This document shows, piece by piece, positions 59,501 to 64,000 of a DNA stretch of 64,000 nucleotides. The translations under genes were made by a program, and so were the position numbers. Origin of the DNA: Armatimonadota bacterium (GTDB lineage Bacteria; Armatimonadota; UBA5829; DTLH01); the NCBI GenBank assembly GCA_039679675.1, contig JBDKUN010000062.1:1-64000 (forward strand), read 5' to 3'. The notes under the pieces are model-generated. The model did no database searches. It had not been told where the DNA came from and saw nothing but the letters and a program-made list of their open reading frames with translations. Numbering within the stretch: position 1 is the first letter of the stretch; every line of letters begins with the position of its first letter.

Positions 59501-59638
59501 GAATCCTTTCCATCACCTATCCACAATCCATCCTGATGCGCCGCTGTTTTCCCCATGCGAACAGCGGGTAATTTATGAATAGCCTAAGAAGCAGAGAGAC
59601 AGACAGCTCTCTTTGCATTGTATCAGGAGGTATTTGAG

Positions 59639-60481
59639 ATGAAGGAAGATCTTCCTATCAGGAGATTAGGGATCGGACTTGCTATAGCGCTTATGCTCGG
59701 TATGCTTATCATCCCGGCTGTAGCCCAGCAAACCGATCAAAACCTTGATTTACTGCCTTTCCCCAGACAGAGCGCAACCATCACCCTGGCGAATACCGGA
59801 CTTGATATCACGCCGGCGCAGCTTAATCCAGGCCCGGTCACATTTACCGTAGTCAATAATTCGGATACAGCGCGCGGCGTGTATATAACGGGGAATGACA
59901 GGGTCGGAAACCCACTGCTTCGTTATTCTATGAGAATTATGCCCGGAGCCAGCACGACAATGGAGTTCTGGATGTATCAGGGCAATAACTACACTTTCCA
60001 TGACTTCACATCGAAGAAGATCGTAAATGACGAATCATCTTTTACCAGCAATTTCTCTACCCAGATGAGCATCGCTACCCCATTTCCTATCGGCAGGGGG
60101 CCGCAGTATGAACCGCAGACAGGTACGATTACCATTACTAACACCGGGATAGAGGTAAACCCCCGGACCAGCAGACAGGGACCTATCACATTTAACATTA
60201 TCAACCGTTCAAATCACCTGAGCGGCGTTGTTATTTCCGGGGAAGACAGAAGCGGCACACCCATCATCCGGTATACGAGGATGATACGGCCGGGAATGAG
60301 CGCAAATATGAGCTTCTGGCTCTACGAAGGGAAGGACTACACCATACGTGACTTCACGAGAAGGTACGCGGTAGGCAGCCAGATGAAGTTTGAGAGCAGA
60401 TTCAGGACGACACTTACCGTTAGCCCCGGATCTCCTGCCTTTGGAGCCGGGCCGTCTATGCCAGATCCGCAGGATCAATAA
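59639..60481 (+). CDS. secreted protein with two tandem beta-sandwich (cupredoxin-like) repeats
   Basis: Signal peptide; duplicated GPxTF...G.DR.G.P..RY...FW.Y.G..YT..DFT. Confidence 0.75.
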   Translation: MKEDLPIRRLGIGLAIALMLGMLIIPAVAQQTDQNLDLLPFPRQSATITLANTGLDITPAQLNPGPVTFTVVNNSDTARGVYITGNDRVGNPLLRYSMRIMPGASTTMEFWMYQGNNYTFHDFTSKKIVNDESSFTSNFSTQMSIATPFPIGRGPQYEPQTGTITITNTGIEVNPRTSRQGPITFNIINRSNHLSGVVISGEDRSGTPIIRYTRMIRPGMSANMSFWLYEGKDYTIRDFTRRYAVGSQMKFESRFRTTLTVSPGSPAFGAGPSMPDPQDQ

Positions 60482-60502
60482 GTGCGGAATGCTTCTTAGC
60501 TC

Positions 60503-60536
60503 AAAGGCTCCCGCAGCTTACACTGCGGGGGCTTTT
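60503..60536. terminator. bidirectional terminator
   Basis: AAAGGCTCCCGCAG...CTGCGGGGGCTTTT between convergent genes. Confidence 0.75.
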
Positions 60537-60565
60537 CTACTGATTGCATCAGTTTCGGGTTTAAG

Positions 60566-61852
60566 CTATTTTGGGATTGAGATGGTGGCCGTTGTTCCCT
60601 TGCCCTCTTTGCTTGAGATGTTGAACTGTCCGCCGTGCGCTTCGACCAACCTGCATGCGATGCTCAAGCCCAGCCCAGAGTGGCAATCGCCTGGGGTTCT
60701 TGCCGCATCTGCCCGGTAGAACGGGTCGGATACATAGGGCATGTCCTCAGCCTTGATGCCTTTTCCTGTGTCACTGATGGTAATTTTAATAGGATTTTTG
60801 TCTTCCAGCCGGATCTTCAGTTCCGCGCCCTTTCCTGCATAGCTGATCGCGTTTTCCACTATGTTGTTAAGCACTTGGGTTATACGGTCGGGATCGACAC
60901 TTGCCGTAACGGATGAAGTGCCCTCCAAAGGATGCAGCACGATTCCGGCTGCTGCTGCTTCATCGTCGTATGACCGGATGACCGATTCGATCAGTTCCCG
61001 TAAATCTGCCTGCCGGATATTAAGCGGGAAGTCTTCCAGGTCGAGCTTGGCCAGTTCCATCAAATCCTGCACAAGCCTGAGCAGCCGCTCAGATGTGCCG
61101 ACCAGGGCGGTTACGGCGCGTTCTCTCCGTTCCGGTTTATCAGCCAGTCCATCTTGCAGTGCTCCTGCCATAGTGCGCATGGTAGTTACAGGGCTCCTGA
61201 GTTCGTGTGCAATGTCTGCGAGGAACTGCCTGCGGCGCTCGGCGTCTTCTTCGAGATGGCTGATCTGGTCGGAGACCTGCTGTGCCATTACATTCATCGC
61301 TGCAGCTACTTCGGTAAACTCATTATTCCCCTTAGTTGGTATACGGTAACTGAAATTGCCGGATTGGAATGCTTCGGCTCCATCTGCCAACTGTGTAAGC
61401 GGTCTTGTGAACCTGCGCCCAAGCCATGCTCCTGCCAGCACCGCAAGTCCGAGAGCAATCACTAACCTGAGGATGAGGCTTCTGACTTCAAACTGGGCCC
61501 GGGAAGGCCAATCCGGACCTCTGTCAGGACGCTGTGGCTGCGGACGCTGGCCGGATGCGCCGTCTATTGGATGATTCGGTTCCTGCCGTTGATCTTGTTG
61601 CAGTTCATGGTTGCTATGATTCCTGGGGAATGGTGGCCTTCCGGTAAGAAATTCGACAATTCCGAATTTCGGCTCTGGAATCGGCTTAGGGTAGATGTCG
61701 GGATGCGCTACCATCTGCTGGTGAAACGAACGGAAGTTCAGATAGTTCAGATAGTTCGATATACCGCTGCTCAGAATCCAGCTGAGTACTATTGTAAGCA
61801 GGATTGCAACAGCCAGATGAATGCGCGTGCTAGCCTTCGGGACGATAGGCAT
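60566..61852 (-). CDS. HAMP histidine kinase (BaeS-like)
   Basis: 2 TM helices, HAMP, AHELRSP, DTGKGI, GLGL. Confidence 0.93.
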   Translation of the reverse strand: MPIVPKASTRIHLAVAILLTIVLSWILSSGISNYLNYLNFRSFHQQMVAHPDIYPKPIPEPKFGIVEFLTGRPPFPRNHSNHELQQDQRQEPNHPIDGASGQRPQPQRPDRGPDWPSRAQFEVRSLILRLVIALGLAVLAGAWLGRRFTRPLTQLADGAEAFQSGNFSYRIPTKGNNEFTEVAAAMNVMAQQVSDQISHLEEDAERRRQFLADIAHELRSPVTTMRTMAGALQDGLADKPERRERAVTALVGTSERLLRLVQDLMELAKLDLEDFPLNIRQADLRELIESVIRSYDDEAAAAGIVLHPLEGTSSVTASVDPDRITQVLNNIVENAISYAGKGAELKIRLEDKNPIKITISDTGKGIKAEDMPYVSDPFYRADAARTPGDCHSGLGLSIACRLVEAHGGQFNISSKEGKGTTATISIPK

Positions 61853-62510
61853 ATCCGACTCCTCTTATAGTCACGATTGGAAAATCAACGCAGCCTGCTC
61901 CGGCAAGCTTGTCGCGCAGGCGGTAGACAAGATTGTCTACAAGACGGTGTTCGCCGTAGAAATCGTCCTTCCAGATGGCCTCGACTAATTGTTCTCTTGA
62001 TAAAACGACCTGCGGTTTCCCCATAAGCGCAGCCAGGAGATCAAACTCCATCGTAGTAAGCTCGACAAGCTTCCCGTCGATGCTGACCCGGTGTTCATCC
62101 AGGGAGAGTTCCAGATTTCTCCACTTGTAAGCGGGCGCAATCACCCGGCTGCGGTTTTTTCTCCGCATAAGAGCCTGTATTCGTGCGACCAGTTCCGATG
62201 TATGGAAAGGTTTGGTTACGTAATCGTCCGCACCTAGCTTTAGAGCACGCACTTTGTCGATCTCATCATCGCGGGCGGAGAGCATTATTATGATGGCATC
62301 GGACTCGATGCTGATTACCTCACACACCTTGATCCCGTCTATCTTGGGCATCATGATGTCGAGTATTACCAGGTCAGGACGCTCTTTTCGGAATGTTTCG
62401 ATAGCAGCTTCGCCATCGGAAGCCGTAATAATCTGGAAGCCTTCCGCTTCAAGATACCATCGAAGTCCCTCGATCAGATCTATGTCATCATCAACTATCA
62501 GAATACGCAT
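61830..62510 (-). CDS. OmpR-family response regulator
   Basis: VDDD, LDIMMP, GADDYVTKPF, TIRGVGY. Confidence 0.95.
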   Translation of the reverse strand: MRILIVDDDIDLIEGLRWYLEAEGFQIITASDGEAAIETFRKERPDLVILDIMMPKIDGIKVCEVISIESDAIIIMLSARDDEIDKVRALKLGADDYVTKPFHTSELVARIQALMRRKNRSRVIAPAYKWRNLELSLDEHRVSIDGKLVELTTMEFDLLAALMGKPQVVLSREQLVEAIWKDDFYGEHRLVDNLVYRLRDKLAGAGCVDFPIVTIRGVGYAYRPEG

Positions 62511-62767
62511 AATAACTTGGCATTCCCGCATAACTAAGCATTACTTACACTGAATTCTAGCATCCAACTCAGCACATGGCAAACAAATCTAACCGATGTG
62601 ATGTAAGTTACACAAAAGTGCGATGCCGATGTGATCTCTCGGCGGAACCGGATATATAAGCGATTGAGTCAAAGCAACTGGAAGCAGGCTGCAGCTCAAA
62701 AGGCTTCCTAATAATCACGAATTGCGTGAACACAAAACAAAAGGAATCACGTAAGGAGGAATTCAAA

Positions 62768-63304
62768 ATGAAAAGGACAATGTTGGTCGCAGTAATGTTG
62801 GTACTGGCTGTGTGTGTGACGCCGGTATGGAGCCAGGGTGGACCCAAGCCCGGTGGGCACGGTGGACCCGGCGGATGCATGCCCGGTGCAGTTATGTCGG
62901 TTCCGCTTCCGCCGCCGGCTGGCGCGATAGACAGCATAACTGAGTTGCTGGGACTTACGACGGAGCAGGCATCTTCTCTTAAGGATGTCCTGACATCGAG
63001 CGATGAGACCATTCAACCGCTTCTGAAGGCGTCTGCTGATGCATCCAAAGCTCTGTGCGATGCCGTATTTGCTTCCGAATACGATGCTGCCACGGTGGAA
63101 GAGCTAAAGGCCAAATTAGTGACCGCTCAGACCCAGGTCATGGATGCCTGCATCAATACATGGTCTCAGATAAGAGAAGTAGTAACTGCTGACCAGTTCA
63201 TAAAACTGAAGGCAGGGCCCGGCGGTTGTGGCGATCCTTCGAGCGGAACATCGACTTCCGATACCAAATCGGGTACCGCATCATCTACCGTGAAGAAACG
63301 CTGA
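62768..63304 (+). CDS. Spy/CpxP-family periplasmic protein
   Basis: Signal peptide, LGLTTEQ, VTADQ. Confidence 0.75.
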   Translation: MKRTMLVAVMLVLAVCVTPVWSQGGPKPGGHGGPGGCMPGAVMSVPLPPPAGAIDSITELLGLTTEQASSLKDVLTSSDETIQPLLKASADASKALCDAVFASEYDAATVEELKAKLVTAQTQVMDACINTWSQIREVVTADQFIKLKAGPGGCGDPSSGTSTSDTKSGTASSTVKKR

Positions 63305-63656
63305 TATCATTAAAGATTTTCGGCTGATTAATTAACGGCCAATCATATATTGGCTGTTGCCGAAAATCTTCCGGAAGAGTTTCAGGTGTAAGTGTAAAAT
63401 CAACAGATAAAGCTACATCAGAGAACTGTTTATATAGTTGTAAGGCTGTTACTTTATCTCCTGAAACTCTGTAGGTAGAAATCACGTTTATGTGCCCCCG
63501 CGATGCAGCGGGGGCGAAAATCCTGACTCGAAACTCTTTAAACAGAATTACGATGTTATTGTGATTTTTCCTGCTGAGTCCTCATGGTAACATTGAATGG
63601 GAGCAAGCAGTAATAGAATTACCGATCCAAGAGTTATCCGTAAGGAGGAACCTGAG

Positions 63657-64000
63657 ATGAAGAACACTATTTTAGTTGCAGTGACGCTGGCGATATGCGT
63701 GTGTGCAGCACCAGTATTGAGCCAGGGACCGGGTAGACCGGGTGGTCAGAGTGGAATGGGCAGATTTGGCATGTCCTGCCCCGTAATGGCGGTAATGCCA
63801 CCACAATCAGCATCGATTGACCGCCTGTCTGAGTCTCTTCAGCTCACTGAAGATCAGACATCGAAGCTTAAAAGCGTTTTGACAAAAAACGAAGAGACTG
63901 TAAACGCGCTTTCCAAGAAATCAGCCGAGGCTGCCAAAGCGCTTAGGACGGCTGTGATGGCTGATGACTTCAGCGCTGAGAATGTAAAATTGCTTGCGGA
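63657..64000 (+). CDS. Spy/CpxP-family paralog (truncated by window edge)
   Basis: AAGGAGG SD; MKNTILVAV...SQGPGRPGG...LQLTEDQ aligns with the 62768 gene. Confidence 0.75.
   Translation, partial: MKNTILVAVTLAICVCAAPVLSQGPGRPGGQSGMGRFGMSCPVMAVMPPQSASIDRLSESLQLTEDQTSKLKSVLTKNEETVNALSKKSAEAAKALRTAVMADDFSAENVKLLA

Noticed and set aside
62636..62725. c-di-GMP riboswitch before the Spy-like gene
   Set aside because: No match to class I or class II consensus by eye.

Overview
This is a bacterial chromosomal window. The Firmicutes/Actinobacteria-type LexA, alpha2-type GlyRS and a PEP-CTERM protein would fit Armatimonadota, but that is tentative. The backbone is housekeeping: archease-lexA, glyQS-dGTPase, gap-pgk-tpiA, greA-lysS, glmS, ftsK-rimO-gltX-trxA. 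Regulatory and envelope modules include a WYL regulator, a YtrA-ABC operon, an ECF/anti-sigma/Spy operon, an HD-GYP/HK/RR operon, an OmpR/HK pair facing two Spy-like genes, and a GH18-deacetylase-GT2 synthase. I found no rRNA, tRNA or CRISPR. The most notable signals are in the accessory DNA. (1) A REP-associated tyrosine transposase (RAYT) sits between inverted two-hairpin ends, with an internally deleted copy nearby and a solo end about 29 kb away. (2) Several families of short palindromes nest inside one another in intergenic spaces and bracket small AT-richer cargo genes. (3) A PIN-domain gene is flanked by a 40-bp duplication of the lysS 3' end. (4) An RloC-like ATPase with a HEPN-type motif lies just downstream of glmS. 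(5) A nucleotidyltransferase pair is wedged between pgk and tpiA. (6) A 136-nt cloverleaf-capped hairpin precedes gltX and has a second, degenerate copy. All calls come from reading motifs by eye; no database search was run.
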